In this document: piece by piece, positions 20,301-28,703 of the stretch
Position numbering within the stretch: position 1 is the stretch's first letter
Layout: the number at the start of each line of letters is the position of its first letter
IMG/VR virus record: IMGVR_UViG_3300032322_000568
Location: 1-55,822 of that record
Direction: 5' to 3' (one strand)
Source of the DNA: a virus
Taxonomy: Duplodnaviria; Caudoviricetes
DNA length: 55,822 nucleotides
Position numbers and translations under genes: made by a program
Notes under the pieces: generated by a model
Databases searched by the model: none
Seen by the model: the letters and a program-made list of their open reading frames with translations, nothing else
Told to the model about the DNA's origin: nothing

Positions 20301-21612
20301 CTGTTTCATATGTCACTCCTTGGACAGGAATTGTCGCAGCCTTTGGTGCTGAGACTTCAGGAATATTTGCTTTTGTTGCTGTTTTTGCCACACCTTTAAT
20401 TGCTCCCACTGCGCCAGGCATGGCTGCGGAAGTCCACATTTGGGGAAGGATGGGCGGCAGCTTAGACTCGCGTATCAGGCGCTCTAAGCCCTCGGCGGTG
20501 CTCTCAAGGTACTCAGGGCCAAGCTCCGTCTGCATGGGCCTCATATCGCCTGTAATGAAGTCCTGAGAGGCTTCTATGGCGCGCTGTAATGGCCCTGTGT
20601 CTGAAGGGTCGCCGCTCTTGATTGCTTCTTTGATAAAGGTGCCGGCAGTGACGGCAGGTGATACCAAGGTGCGACCAACAATCGGCAGGCCCGTAAGTGC
20701 TGCATCAATACCGCCAGCGAAACGCGGGGCCACTGACTCGATGTCTTGCAAAATGTTGCCTTGGCCATAGCCTGGCAATGAGGACACACCGCGCTTGGGC
20801 GTCTTGCCCATGAAGCGGTCAGTGGGATCGCCACCGTCTTGCATGTGGACTACGCCGCCAGTGCGGTATTCCTGCTGGCCTTTATCACCAAACCTAGCCT
20901 GGAGTAAAGGCGTCAAACCCTGGTAGCTTGATCCAAGCTCCTCGTCTTCAGGCTGCTTCGTTAAGGGCTGAATGTCAGCGGGAGCGCCTAATAAATCCTC
21001 TTTCCATTTTGGGAATGCCTCATTCCAAATCTCTGCTTTTATATCTCTTGGCTGATCAACCGCCGATTCGGTCATCGTGTAAGCCAGCGGGTTTTGCAGC
21101 ACATTCACAAAGGTTGAGGCCAGCGCAGGATTCTCATAAACCTGCCATGCAGCCTCGTCAATCTCTTGGCGATTAAGCTTATCTAATGGGTCCGAGCCAT
21201 GGTACTTGGGCACTGAGTCAAAGCTGTTAGGCCCCGTAGGCTGCGTTTGACTAATCAAATCCGAAAGACCACTTGTTAAAGCGTCCACATATTCAGGATC
21301 AAGATCCTTGATGCGACCAAGCAACTCTGCTGGCGACTGGACATCTGCGATGTACTCGCCAATTTTCGGTGTGTAAATGCGATCCAGACCCTTCAATAAA
21401 TTCCACGCGTCTTCTTCAGGAAGGATTGTTAAGTCATCCTTTACTTGATCGAGCGGCGTACCACCACCTTGCAAACCAACTGCACCGCCACTAGCGTATT
21501 CGAAGTCCTCGGGATTGCCGCGGATGGGCTTCTTGCCCAGCACGACGGCAGGCTTGGGCGCACCGTACAGCATCTCGAGTACCTTCTTCGCGTCTGTTGG
21601 CTTGGGCATCAT
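17356..21612 (-). CDS. 1418-aa multidomain (polyvalent-type) protein, putative virion-delivered effector
   Basis: Between terL and portal. Segments are bounded by xxGG motifs and carry an HDFFGH domain, an ART-like domain and a glycosylase-like helical domain (motif inference). Confidence 0.7.
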   Translation of the reverse strand: MMPKPTDAKKVLEMLYGAPKPAVVLGKKPIRGNPEDFEYASGGAVGLQGGGTPLDQVKDDLTILPEEDAWNLLKGLDRIYTPKIGEYIADVQSPAELLGRIKDLDPEYVDALTSGLSDLISQTQPTGPNSFDSVPKYHGSDPLDKLNRQEIDEAAWQVYENPALASTFVNVLQNPLAYTMTESAVDQPRDIKAEIWNEAFPKWKEDLLGAPADIQPLTKQPEDEELGSSYQGLTPLLQARFGDKGQQEYRTGGVVHMQDGGDPTDRFMGKTPKRGVSSLPGYGQGNILQDIESVAPRFAGGIDAALTGLPIVGRTLVSPAVTAGTFIKEAIKSGDPSDTGPLQRAIEASQDFITGDMRPMQTELGPEYLESTAEGLERLIRESKLPPILPQMWTSAAMPGAVGAIKGVAKTATKANIPEVSAPKAATIPVQGVTYETATEGPFYRVRPSVSQAPAGQRRGTLESDGTEAGQRPAGGTGSDVPQPITNEAVQQVMADPANFVRQSADTYVQEAFGRPYELPEISESSIFKQAPIGRAFMLATTEDPTYKQTIFNEYARQMPEVIKQSGAKNYDELVAASYRQMAKETNEQFKRLPISLSYHRAGEGNYRNSKQMLQDVYGNKHLYVFQGGDEHPYLKAVDPETGLNENEKFRAVHDFFGHAIHGNEFGPKGEETAWAAHSQMYSPLARLAMSTETRGQNSTVNYTPLNAALKRTINELNMQRYEANRRGKTELVKEIDSQLKEAWNGFQFAPQKPVLLPPEFLSTKYEGEMPDYLRGLIKPEEGTFVNMPMMHFSKQAGLTETDPAFYGTGIKGEEAARLGGTGSVRPRTYFYTDESVTPEPGLGPHRYRAMGENLYDLAADPLMLNMLAKETTRIPMTASSNKGLAQPTEATNALERLIRDYGYAGYINPQSTKPSAVMFGKVPVTPYKQGGPMRRVHISDNPDTMALELAMGGAVRMAGGGKLEKIAKASKAVAYTARELRNEANKVAKAIAKEDPNMAPEDVQKRAAAIAEKNLTWTKQQKPALEKKFGKLIDAPASASIGDRLQNVPEAVERRAQKAEEFLAQPTEPWQPPRAELQAFDRSLIKDAMEGFPGIEQTAFPRYSPPRANIGYIDEIYQDPRNRALIEMQIKRGLPLGGETFYPSLYPMKMAALERGIPEEKFNQFIYSTAPASARNSILNEMAVGQFLRDMNARGLPLDEETVKREMEAFKQKYGTGLPLMPVHREGVRNVLEGNLDLRELSKADIPVNYKIPTYGTQKAGDFGKSVVLDVHEASGETQASRFHPYFTKQGGFGSTEYGAAEQQMLDIAKGLGLPGGTAQAGRWFGGGELTGLVSPRGDALDLLERQAAYTLNGMGVKPTPRNVRNYLLDMIETGEGVLMPYYSKKVPLPDVRTEKKKGGAVKKSALDSVKRGYKHA

Positions 21613-21648
21613 CGGCCTCCGTTTGCGCGGGATGATAACTCTTTGCGG

Positions 21649-23079
21649 TTAGCTTGCATACGGATTGGTCCTCGTAATGCCTGCGTCCACATAATCCTCG
21701 GGATCGTAATCATCAGGCGGTAGCGGGTCGATGTTGAGCCAGCTTGCATCTCTGAGGTATCTGAGTGCCTGGCTGAAGGCATCGCAAAAGTCATCGTGGT
21801 CGGTATTCGGGAAGCTGCAGATCTGCGTGACCATGGCCTCAGCCCAGTCGCGGACATAGCCCGGCCTGTTGCTCGACTCGGGCACATACACCCTTCCTGC
21901 CTTCACGATGTTGGCCACAATGCTCAGGCGCTGGATCTTGTCAGCCCTGCCGGGGTTGTAGGCCCTCACGGGGATGTGTGCGCGCTGCAAGTCCTGGATC
22001 AGCACGATGCCGGCAGCCTTGTCCTCGACCAGGACGAGGTCCACCTTCTTGGCGGTCTTGCCCTCACCGAAGATGATCTCGAACTCGTCAATGACCTTGG
22101 GCTTCAGGTCAGGGTACTGCAGCCTGTCCTGCCAGGCGTCGATGATCAGTACGCACATGCCACCGTCAGTAGGTTTGAAGACACCGAAAGTGATGCTTGC
22201 AGTGGGATCGTTGACCGTCTTCTCCGTGTAGGCGCAGTCATAGGACTGGACCACATACTCGAGCTTGGGTATGGGTTTGTCAGCAGGCCAAAGCTTGAAC
22301 CAATCCCGTTGGACTATACCTCCTTCCTCGGGGTCGATGATCTCAGCGTAGATCTCCTGCCTTCCAAGCTTGGTGCCCTCGTACTGCAGGATCTGGCGCT
22401 TGAAGTTCTCACTCAGATTATCCAGGTTTGAGTAAGTGCTTGCCGTGGTAAGCACTACATCATCGCCCTCGCGGCTGATCAGATCGATGATCAGGTCCTT
22501 GGGCTTGGGTGTTGTCGTGCAGATCAGCCTGGTCTTCATGTCAGGCAGCTTCAAGCGCATACCAAACTGGATCTGGTCCCAGGCTTCCTGGATGTACTCC
22601 CAGGCGGCTAACTCATCGAGCCAGCCACCGTGGAACTGTGGACCGCGGAAGCGCTCAGGCTCCGAGGCGGGTATGCCCTTGATCAGCGAGCCGTTGGTAA
22701 GCTTGATCTCATGCAAGGCCTTGTTGTAATCAGCGATCAGGACCGCAGGAATCACGCTCAGGAGGCCCGAATCGCCCTCGAAGCATGTACCCCTTACGTC
22801 ACTGCTCGTTGGGGCCGCCACGAGCCATCTGGTGGCTTTGTAGGACTGTGCCCACCAGCCAATCTGCTCGGCTGCAGTTCGAGTCTTGCCGGCACCGCGG
22901 CCTGCCAGCATGAGCCATATGGACCACCAATCCCCGTGCGGTAGGATCTGGTGCTTGAGTGCTCGAGTGAGCCACATCATGCGCCAGGCCCAGGCAGCAG
23001 CCGCCTGTGGCTCTAGCCTGGTGTACTGCTCGCGGATCTGTGGATCTTTGAGCAGGGCCTCAAGGTCACTTGTCCCCAA
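21649..23079 (-). CDS. terL: terminase large subunit
   Basis: Walker A AGRGAGKT, Walker B GWLDE, TTTP coupling motif, nuclease HDDFCDA. Confidence 0.97.
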   Translation of the reverse strand: MGTSDLEALLKDPQIREQYTRLEPQAAAAWAWRMMWLTRALKHQILPHGDWWSIWLMLAGRGAGKTRTAAEQIGWWAQSYKATRWLVAAPTSSDVRGTCFEGDSGLLSVIPAVLIADYNKALHEIKLTNGSLIKGIPASEPERFRGPQFHGGWLDELAAWEYIQEAWDQIQFGMRLKLPDMKTRLICTTTPKPKDLIIDLISREGDDVVLTTASTYSNLDNLSENFKRQILQYEGTKLGRQEIYAEIIDPEEGGIVQRDWFKLWPADKPIPKLEYVVQSYDCAYTEKTVNDPTASITFGVFKPTDGGMCVLIIDAWQDRLQYPDLKPKVIDEFEIIFGEGKTAKKVDLVLVEDKAAGIVLIQDLQRAHIPVRAYNPGRADKIQRLSIVANIVKAGRVYVPESSNRPGYVRDWAEAMVTQICSFPNTDHDDFCDAFSQALRYLRDASWLNIDPLPPDDYDPEDYVDAGITRTNPYAS

Positions 23080-23608
23080 GCTGTCTCTTAGCCTCGAGGT
23101 TCTTGAGCATGGCGTCGAAGATACTAATGTCAGCCTGCACGGCTACGGGATTGTCAGCATCGCCAGCGTGAGTCAATCTCTCACCGTACTTTTTGGGGTT
23201 CCACTTGGCCAGCAGCTTGAGCCGTGTCTCGATCTGCAGCTTGCGGTGGCCAAGCATGTCCTCCCTGGTGACTATGATGCCGCCTTCAGTCTCGACCTGC
23301 TTGGTACCCCACTTGGGCGTGTCGGCTAGCTCGAGGCACTCCTCGGCCATCTTGTCGTAGCCGATCTCCCGTGCGCGTGCGATCGCTCTGGAAAGACCGA
23401 CGCCCTCCGCACCCAAAGCATCATCCCGATACATCCAGTCATATATCGTTTGCCATGCTGGCATACCTTCATCTCGGCATATCTGTCTCAGTGGCTCAGC
23501 GTTGCTTAAGCGCTCCACGATCTCTTGTGCGATCTCGGGGGTGTATTTGCTGGGGCGGCCAGTTTTCTTGGGCGCGGCCTGGGCTTTGGGTTTGGCGGTT
23601 TTGGGCAT
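23066..23608 (-). CDS. terS: terminase small subunit
   Basis: GRPSKYTPEIA.EI.ERL....LRQIC....MP...TIY.W and R..LLAKW.PKKYG, directly upstream of terL. Confidence 0.9.
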   Translation of the reverse strand: MPKTAKPKAQAAPKKTGRPSKYTPEIAQEIVERLSNAEPLRQICRDEGMPAWQTIYDWMYRDDALGAEGVGLSRAIARAREIGYDKMAEECLELADTPKWGTKQVETEGGIIVTREDMLGHRKLQIETRLKLLAKWNPKKYGERLTHAGDADNPVAVQADISIFDAMLKNLEAKRQLGDK

Positions 23609-23637
23609 CACATCTTCCAGTGACATAAGATCCGCAG

Positions 23638-23666
23638 ATGATAGGGTTTTGGTGGGCTGGTGGCAA
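23638..23666 (-). promoter_or_regulatory. sigma70-like promoter for the late operon
   Basis: TTGCCA-17 bp-TATCAT about 30 nt upstream of terS. Confidence 0.6.
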
Positions 23667-23715
23667 TTGCTTGCGCAAGGCAAGGTCTAACTGATTGATT
23701 TTACTACAGCTTTAC

Positions 23716-23743
23716 CAAAAAAAGAACCCCCAGGGCGGGGGTG
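23716..23743 (-). terminator. intrinsic terminator ending leftward early transcription
   Basis: ACCCCC-GCCCT-GGGGGT followed by TCTTTTTTT. Confidence 0.8.
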
Positions 23744-23806
23744 TAACTCTGTTGGGAAGTACAGAGGATCTCAGGGAAAGTCGTCACATGGACTGCCAAG
23801 CTCAGT

Positions 23807-24013
23807 TTATGCGCTCTCTGCTGTGTTGGCAACCTCATGCATGGCAAGGAATTGGTTAAGGGCATCACGCAATTCAATGACTTGATCGCGGGTTAGGTTC
23901 GCTGAGCAGTGGCTGCCAATCTTCCACACTGACAGCCAAAGGTTGTCATCGTAGTCACTGAGCTTGATGCTCTCGTAGTCTTCAGTCTGAACGGTTATGT
24001 CGAATTTGCTCAT
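23807..24013 (-). CDS. hypothetical protein
   Basis: GGAGCAAAC leader, LTRDQVIELRDAL helix. Confidence 0.7.
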   Translation of the reverse strand: MSKFDITVQTEDYESIKLSDYDDNLWLSVWKIGSHCSANLTRDQVIELRDALNQFLAMHEVANTAESA

Positions 24014-24055
24014 GGTGTTTGCTCCAGGTGGTGGGGCCGTAGCCCCGGGGTTTAA

Positions 24056-24340
24056 TTAGCTAAGTTCTGCTGCTGAAGGGATGTAGTCGTAAGCCTCATC
24101 ATCATCTTCGGTGCCTTTGATCCATGCACCCGTGTCACGCTTTACGGCTGCTTCGAGCACTTCAGTGCTCACCCAATCGCAGATCTGCACAGGCCTCCAG
24201 CCATTCTTTTGCTGGCGGCCACGGCTTGTGCTTGCAAGGTGACAGAAGGTATTGCCATCGCGCTGTGCGCCTGCTCCGAGGACTACCCATCTATCGTCGT
24301 CGTGGAAGATGATCTGATCAATAAACTTTTGCTTGTCCAT
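24056..24340 (-). CDS. hypothetical protein
   Basis: AGGAGCAAAC leader. Confidence 0.7.
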   Translation of the reverse strand: MDKQKFIDQIIFHDDDRWVVLGAGAQRDGNTFCHLASTSRGRQQKNGWRPVQICDWVSTEVLEAAVKRDTGAWIKGTEDDDEAYDYIPSAAELS

Positions 24341-24384
24341 GCTGTTTGCTCCTGGTTTGCTGAGGGGCCGAGGCCCCGGTTTGA

Positions 24385-24882
24385 TTAGATTGCTGCGAAC
24401 TTTGATGCGGGGGTGAACTTGCCATCGACATAAATGCGGCTTGGGTACTGGTTGAACAGCGTACCCTTTGATGAGCAGTTGATGATTTGCTGTTGGTCGA
24501 TACGGACACCGCGGCCATTCTTGGTGCCGGTAATCACGAAGTTGGCTGAACCTGCGTACACAACATTGGGATCGGTCAACTCACCAACTTTTGCATCGAC
24601 CTTACCAAGAACCTCGGTGGCCCACTGGTCTGCCAGCGCTGCTGCAAACTTTGCAAGACGCTGCTCGCAAAGCACGAAAGGCTCATCCCTACGAGTGCCT
24701 GTCCCTGTTCTTACAACGCAAAATTGCACAGTGTTTCGCCACACGCTAGCGCTGCGAGAGTTGTACACACCGCTGACTGTGGGTCCAAACTGCTCAACGA
24801 GGTAGTTAAAGGTGCTGGTCACGCTACGGGTGATTTGTGCGGTGAACTCTTTGACCAATTCAGCTTTGAGGTTTGCGTTCAT
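24385..24882 (-). CDS. hypothetical protein
   Basis: Start reassigned to MNANLK behind AGGAGCAAAC. Confidence 0.75.
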   Translation of the reverse strand: MNANLKAELVKEFTAQITRSVTSTFNYLVEQFGPTVSGVYNSRSASVWRNTVQFCVVRTGTGTRRDEPFVLCEQRLAKFAAALADQWATEVLGKVDAKVGELTDPNVVYAGSANFVITGTKNGRGVRIDQQQIINCSSKGTLFNQYPSRIYVDGKFTPASKFAAI

Positions 24883-24940
24883 GTTGTTTGCTCCTGAGTT
24901 TGCTATAAAAGTTAAATGTTGTTTGCTACTGAGACTCAAC

Positions 24941-24969
24941 TGTACTCTCATTTAATCCACTTGTGTAGA
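24941..24969 (-). promoter_or_regulatory. putative early promoter
   Basis: TACACA-AGTGGATTAAATGAGAG-TACAGT, spacer shared with the promoter at 33258. Confidence 0.55.
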
Positions 24970-25278
24970 CACACGCCATCCGTCCGACAAGTGGTCATGA
25001 TACGCAACTAAACGGCGTGTCACATGCAGCAATTCAGCCTCATCCACCTGGTAATGCTTGGTAAACCCTTTGATGCCCATGCCGTGAATGCCCGTCTTAC
25101 CGCGGTGATGCTCAGGGCATAGCGGGATTGCGTCATAGTGAGATGCGCGCTGGGCCATGCCGGTGCCCTTCCTGGGGTGATGGATCTCTGCTGGCGTACC
25201 TGGTGTGCCCTGCAAGTGACACAGTACGCAGCCAATGGCGGCCACCTTACTCAGGTGCTTTTTCTCTTCCTGGTTCAT
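24952..25278 (-). CDS. ref: Ref-family (RecA-dependent) HNH nuclease
   Basis: GCVLC...AEIHH.R.G.GM.QRASH..AIPLCPEHHR. Confidence 0.85.
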   Translation of the reverse strand: MNQEEKKHLSKVAAIGCVLCHLQGTPGTPAEIHHPRKGTGMAQRASHYDAIPLCPEHHRGKTGIHGMGIKGFTKHYQVDEAELLHVTRRLVAYHDHLSDGWRVSTQVD

Positions 25279-25459
25279 CGATCGTCTCCACGCCAACTAA
25301 ACAATTGAGCACCTTGGTATCACCCGTGACAGCCCGGCAACTGATGTAACGGTAGTCATCCTTCATGGGACCGAGCTTTTGCAGCACCTCGCCCGATCGG
25401 ATCAAAATGAACCAACTTCCCTGCTTGAGATTACAAAGCTTTTCGTATCTGCTCGGCAT
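25247..25459 (-). CDS. hypothetical protein
   Basis: Overlapping operon context. Confidence 0.5.
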   Translation of the reverse strand: MPSRYEKLCNLKQGSWFILIRSGEVLQKLGPMKDDYRYISCRAVTGDTKVLNCLVGVETIDEPGREKAPE

Positions 25460-25649
25460 GTTCTATCCCCCAACCCCTGCCCTGTGATTGCGCAATCTTT
25501 GCGGCATATGCCAGGCCCGATCTGAAGCCAGCGCTCCAGCCCTCGGAATAAACTTCCTCAGTCCAGCCCTTGTCATCCTCGAAAGCCACAGCGCCGATGA
25601 AGTCAGCCAGGTCTGCAAGCATTTGCTTGTGGCGGCCATCGTTGCTCAT
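25431..25649 (-). CDS. hypothetical protein
   Basis: Start MSNDG coupled to the upstream stop, YSEGWSAGFRSG motif. Confidence 0.55.
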   Translation of the reverse strand: MSNDGRHKQMLADLADFIGAVAFEDDKGWTEEVYSEGWSAGFRSGLAYAAKIAQSQGRGWGIEHAEQIRKAL

Positions 25650-25975
25650 CAGATCGTGGCCTTGCCCTCGAGGCGCAGGTTGGCTTGTTCCGTTCTCCAG
25701 ATGTCCACTCTGGCTTGTGCTGCGATCAGATCCCATCTCAATTTCTCCTCAATTGCGACGGCCTCCTTGAGGCCTTTAAGCAGTTCAACGTACTCAGCGT
25801 GAGCATAAGCGTCACGTTCTTGTGCGCCAAGGGCGCCTTCAATGGATTGCTTCATCAGCAACGCCTTCTTGCTCTTGCGAAACTCTTCAAGGTAAACGCG
25901 CTGCGCTTTGGCGTCAGCAAATTGTTTTGCGTGCTTGATGATGTAATCGACTGCGTCATGCGGATCATGCTTCAT
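25649..25975 (-). CDS. conserved helical phage protein (UvsY-like)
   Basis: AKA.R.YLEEFRKSKKA...QER.AYA..EY...IWRT..AN pattern. Confidence 0.6.
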   Translation of the reverse strand: MKHDPHDAVDYIIKHAKQFADAKAQRVYLEEFRKSKKALLMKQSIEGALGAQERDAYAHAEYVELLKGLKEAVAIEEKLRWDLIAAQARVDIWRTEQANLRLEGKATI

Positions 25976-26186
25976 GGTTTTTCTCATTCAAGATGCGTGA
26001 AATTTCCCGGTCGATGTACCACCGGGCCTTGCGTAAGTCCTCGACTTGCTCACCCTTCAGTCCGGCGCGCCAGCAATATTTCACAGCGTTACCGATGTTG
26101 AAGTTGAAGTGCTCAGTAATCTCGATGCACTCCACGCCTGATGGGTGTGAGTTGTAATGTCTTGGGTGATTGACGTTGTCATTCAT
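25965..26186 (-). CDS. DUF3310 family protein
   Basis: DNVNHPRHY...ECIE...F..GNA.KY.WRAG.K...EDL.KA.WY. Confidence 0.9.
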   Translation of the reverse strand: MNDNVNHPRHYNSHPSGVECIEITEHFNFNIGNAVKYCWRAGLKGEQVEDLRKARWYIDREISRILNEKNHEA

Positions 26187-26391
26187 GAATGGCCCTCCAA
26201 GGTCCACTATAAGCGCTAGAAATCCAAAATCCTGCTGGGTTGATACTCATCCCCATACTCTCCATTTCATCGCGTGTTTTGCATCTGCGGCTCACCCCAA
26301 AATCGCCTGTGCGGTGTTTATCAAAGGCGAAGGTTGAGTTGAAGTAGTTTTTGCAGGCCTGGCACTGGTTGCGATCACCCGTTAATTTCAT
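26179..26391 (-). CDS. FDxHR zinc-binding phage protein
   Basis: CQAC...F.S..AFDKHR.G...C. Confidence 0.75.
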   Translation of the reverse strand: MKLTGDRNQCQACKNYFNSTFAFDKHRTGDFGVSRRCKTRDEMESMGMSINPAGFWISSAYSGPWRAIHE

Positions 26392-26755
26392 ACACCCTCA
26401 CTTTCACGATGCCGGCGATTTGCTTATTCCTGAAGATCCTCAGATCCGAAATCTGGTTGTCGTCCTTCCACACTTGCGCGTGGGTCAGACTGTCCAGCAG
26501 GGACTTGAGCAGATTGTCGATGTCCCGCTTGCGTTTGTCCGGTGGGAACACTTCGATCTCGACTCGCAGGTCCCCCTCGAGTTCGTAAGTCTTCACCCCA
26601 TGTTCCATAAGACATAAGTTCACTGCTTTGCGGTAGGCCTGGCCCTCCTGCGAAACGTATACGGTGGCGAGCTTGCCAATGACCCTGTGCCGCCAGTAAG
26701 TGTTTACGGTGGGTGGCCATGGCAATGTGGCCTCAAAAACTAATGGGAGTTCCAT
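26375..26755 (-). CDS. rusA: RusA-family Holliday junction resolvase
   Basis: LPWPPTVNTYWR, RDIDNLLKSLLDSL, DDNQI. Confidence 0.95.
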   Translation of the reverse strand: MELPLVFEATLPWPPTVNTYWRHRVIGKLATVYVSQEGQAYRKAVNLCLMEHGVKTYELEGDLRVEIEVFPPDKRKRDIDNLLKSLLDSLTHAQVWKDDNQISDLRIFRNKQIAGIVKVRVYEING

Positions 26756-27632
26756 AGGCTTGCTCAGTAAATTGCTGTGAGTTTTTGTCGAACCAAAGTC
26801 TGATGACGCCCTCGTATTCACCGTTGCGCTGCTTCTCGATGGCCAGGTAAGCGTCAGGGATTGACTGGTCAACGACGTTTCCTGCTTCAACCTCACGCTC
26901 CTTCTTTTTGTTGCGGTGCATCAGGATCACGTTATCAACCTGGTCGGCCACCGAGCCTGAGCCTTTAAGGTCCATCTTCGTGGGTGGGTTCTCATCGTTT
27001 TGTTGCTTGCGGATGTGATGCACCAGGTGAATGTGCGTGTCGTAATCTCGAGCCAAGGTGCAGAGTTGGTCCACAAAGTTTTTCTGCCCGTTGTAGTCGT
27101 CCTCATCACGCAGGCATTTCATCAGCGAGTCGATCAGGTAGTGCTTGCAGTTGAGATTGGCTGCAGCATAACTGCCAACCCCTAAAACCTGCCCAGGGCT
27201 TACCGTCCCCTGCTGGTCATAAAACCACATCTTGTCTCCCACCCAGTCCTTGAAGGCCTCGTAATCGGCTACAGCAGGGTCTCTGCGACGGGACCATTGC
27301 CTGACCATCCTTTGCAGGGTGCGCAAGGGCTTCATCTCAAAGCTTGCAATCACAACACGCTGGCCTTGAGCAATCAGACTCAGGGCAATCATGCCGGTCA
27401 GCATGGACTTGCCAGATCCGTTGGTGCCGGCAAAGACCGTGACTTCAGCAGGCCGGAACTCGAAGAGGCCCAGCGTCTTGGACCAGGGCATCGTGATGGG
27501 TTTGGTTGTGACCGGGTTCTTAACCTGGTCGATCAGTTGGTCCATGCAGTCAGCCGCGGATCTAACGCGGACCTGGGCTTCCATGGAGTCATACCAGGCT
27601 TGGAAATCGATTTCTTGAGGAATGGTGTTCAT
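26733..27632 (-). CDS. DnaB-like (SF4) replicative helicase, motor domain only
   Basis: AGTNGSGKS, LIDSL, HLVHH, DLKGSG...DQVDNVI, KQRNG. Confidence 0.92.
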   Translation of the reverse strand: MNTIPQEIDFQAWYDSMEAQVRVRSAADCMDQLIDQVKNPVTTKPITMPWSKTLGLFEFRPAEVTVFAGTNGSGKSMLTGMIALSLIAQGQRVVIASFEMKPLRTLQRMVRQWSRRRDPAVADYEAFKDWVGDKMWFYDQQGTVSPGQVLGVGSYAAANLNCKHYLIDSLMKCLRDEDDYNGQKNFVDQLCTLARDYDTHIHLVHHIRKQQNDENPPTKMDLKGSGSVADQVDNVILMHRNKKKEREVEAGNVVDQSIPDAYLAIEKQRNGEYEGVIRLWFDKNSQQFTEQAYGTPISF

Positions 27633-27925
27633 GCGTCAACCTTTGAGTCCCATAAGATGGGAAAGCGTGATTCGGTGTAATGAGCAAAGACTCGAGCAGC
27701 ACCGCAGCGGAGCAGTTCCTTGGTGGCGCGCGCTACTGCATCGGAGTCAGGGCCTGTAACGTGAGCAACCAGGCCTTTGGCCCAGCGGTAGTCAAAATCC
27801 CATTTGCTGACCACTACAACCGGGACTGCGGCGTAGGCATCAGGCTTGCCATCAAACTCAATGAAGATGGCGCGGGGCACCTCATTTTTAGCCAGCAGGT
27901 CCATAACGAAGTCGTGCCCCTTCAT
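27629..27925 (-). CDS. hypothetical protein between initiator and helicase
   Basis: ATGA-coupled on both sides. Confidence 0.65.
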   Translation of the reverse strand: MKGHDFVMDLLAKNEVPRAIFIEFDGKPDAYAAVPVVVVSKWDFDYRWAKGLVAHVTGPDSDAVARATKELLRCGAARVFAHYTESRFPILWDSKVDA

Positions 27926-28602
27926 ACGCCACCCCGGCTTGCGAAGGGATCTTGGCTTACAGGCTTCGCCTTGCCTTCTTTCTCAGCAAGTACCCAGTTT
28001 TGGAAGGTCTTGTCCCAATCCAGCTTGGTAGCGTCCTTTCCTGACTTGGCTTGCCAGTAATTGCAAAACTTCATGATGGTATGGCTTGGGTTCAGATCAG
28101 GACGTTCCTTCCGCATGAAAGCAATCAACTGATCGGACGGTTCCCAGTCTGGGGGCAAGCGCGTAGCGCGGCTCTCTCTGGTTCTTGGTTCTTGGTTCTT
28201 GGTTGCTATTGGGGTAGCATTGCCCTCCCTTATGCCCTCCCCATTACCCTCCCCATTGGGTAGGCTATCCCCACCCTCTAGCTTGGCTTTATCCCACCTA
28301 ATGCGCGCCCCTTTGGCCCCGCCAACTTTTTGCTTAGTAAACGAAGCAATTTCCTTGTCGCAGCGCTTATTGGTATAGACGTCATCCTGCAAAACAAAAA
28401 ACTCCTTTAGCAGGCCGTCAATTTCCGTTACTGCTCCAGGCATGCGAATGAGCCTGGCAATCCTGGCTGGATCGTTGGGCAGCGGTTTTTGGTTTAAGTA
28501 ATACAGGTCGAGCATGCGCCTGTATGCAAGGTCCTCGATGTCAGTGAGGTGGCTGGTGTGGGCTTGATAATCCCCCACATGGAACGGATAAAAACGCATC
28601 AT
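27922..28602 (-). CDS. YdaU/DUF1376-family replication initiator
   Basis: FYPFHVGDY...T.HL...EDLAYRRMLDLYY, N.RCD.EI, C-terminal TRLP.DW.P...F..YW...K.DW..T..NW. Confidence 0.88.
   Translation of the reverse strand: MMRFYPFHVGDYQAHTSHLTDIEDLAYRRMLDLYYLNQKPLPNDPARIARLIRMPGAVTEIDGLLKEFFVLQDDVYTNKRCDKEIASFTKQKVGGAKGARIRWDKAKLEGGDSLPNGEGNGEGIREGNATPIATKNQEPRTRESRATRLPPDWEPSDQLIAFMRKERPDLNPSHTIMKFCNYWQAKSGKDATKLDWDKTFQNWVLAEKEGKAKPVSQDPFASRGGV
28179..28256. repeat. iteron-like tandem repeats inside initiator gene (candidate ori)
   Basis: TGGTTCT x3 plus a partial copy, then three 12-bp units T[GA]CCCTCCC.. Confidence 0.55.
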
Positions 28603-28635
28603 AACCCTCGTCAAAGGCTTATCGTCACTGAGGTT

Positions 28636-28691
28636 GGGCGTTGGCAGGGGGGTGACGAATCCCCTTTTCGGTAGCTAACCTAGCCATGCCC
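28636..28691 (-). ncRNA. C4 / P4-CI-like structured regulatory RNA
   Basis: Three-way junction: GGGCATGGC/GCCAACGCCC closing stem, GGT-TAGCT-ACC and AGGGG-ATTCGTCAC-CCCCT hairpins. Loop is complementary to two downstream TGACGA sites. Confidence 0.6.
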
Positions 28692-28703
28692 TGTGGACTT
28701 TAC

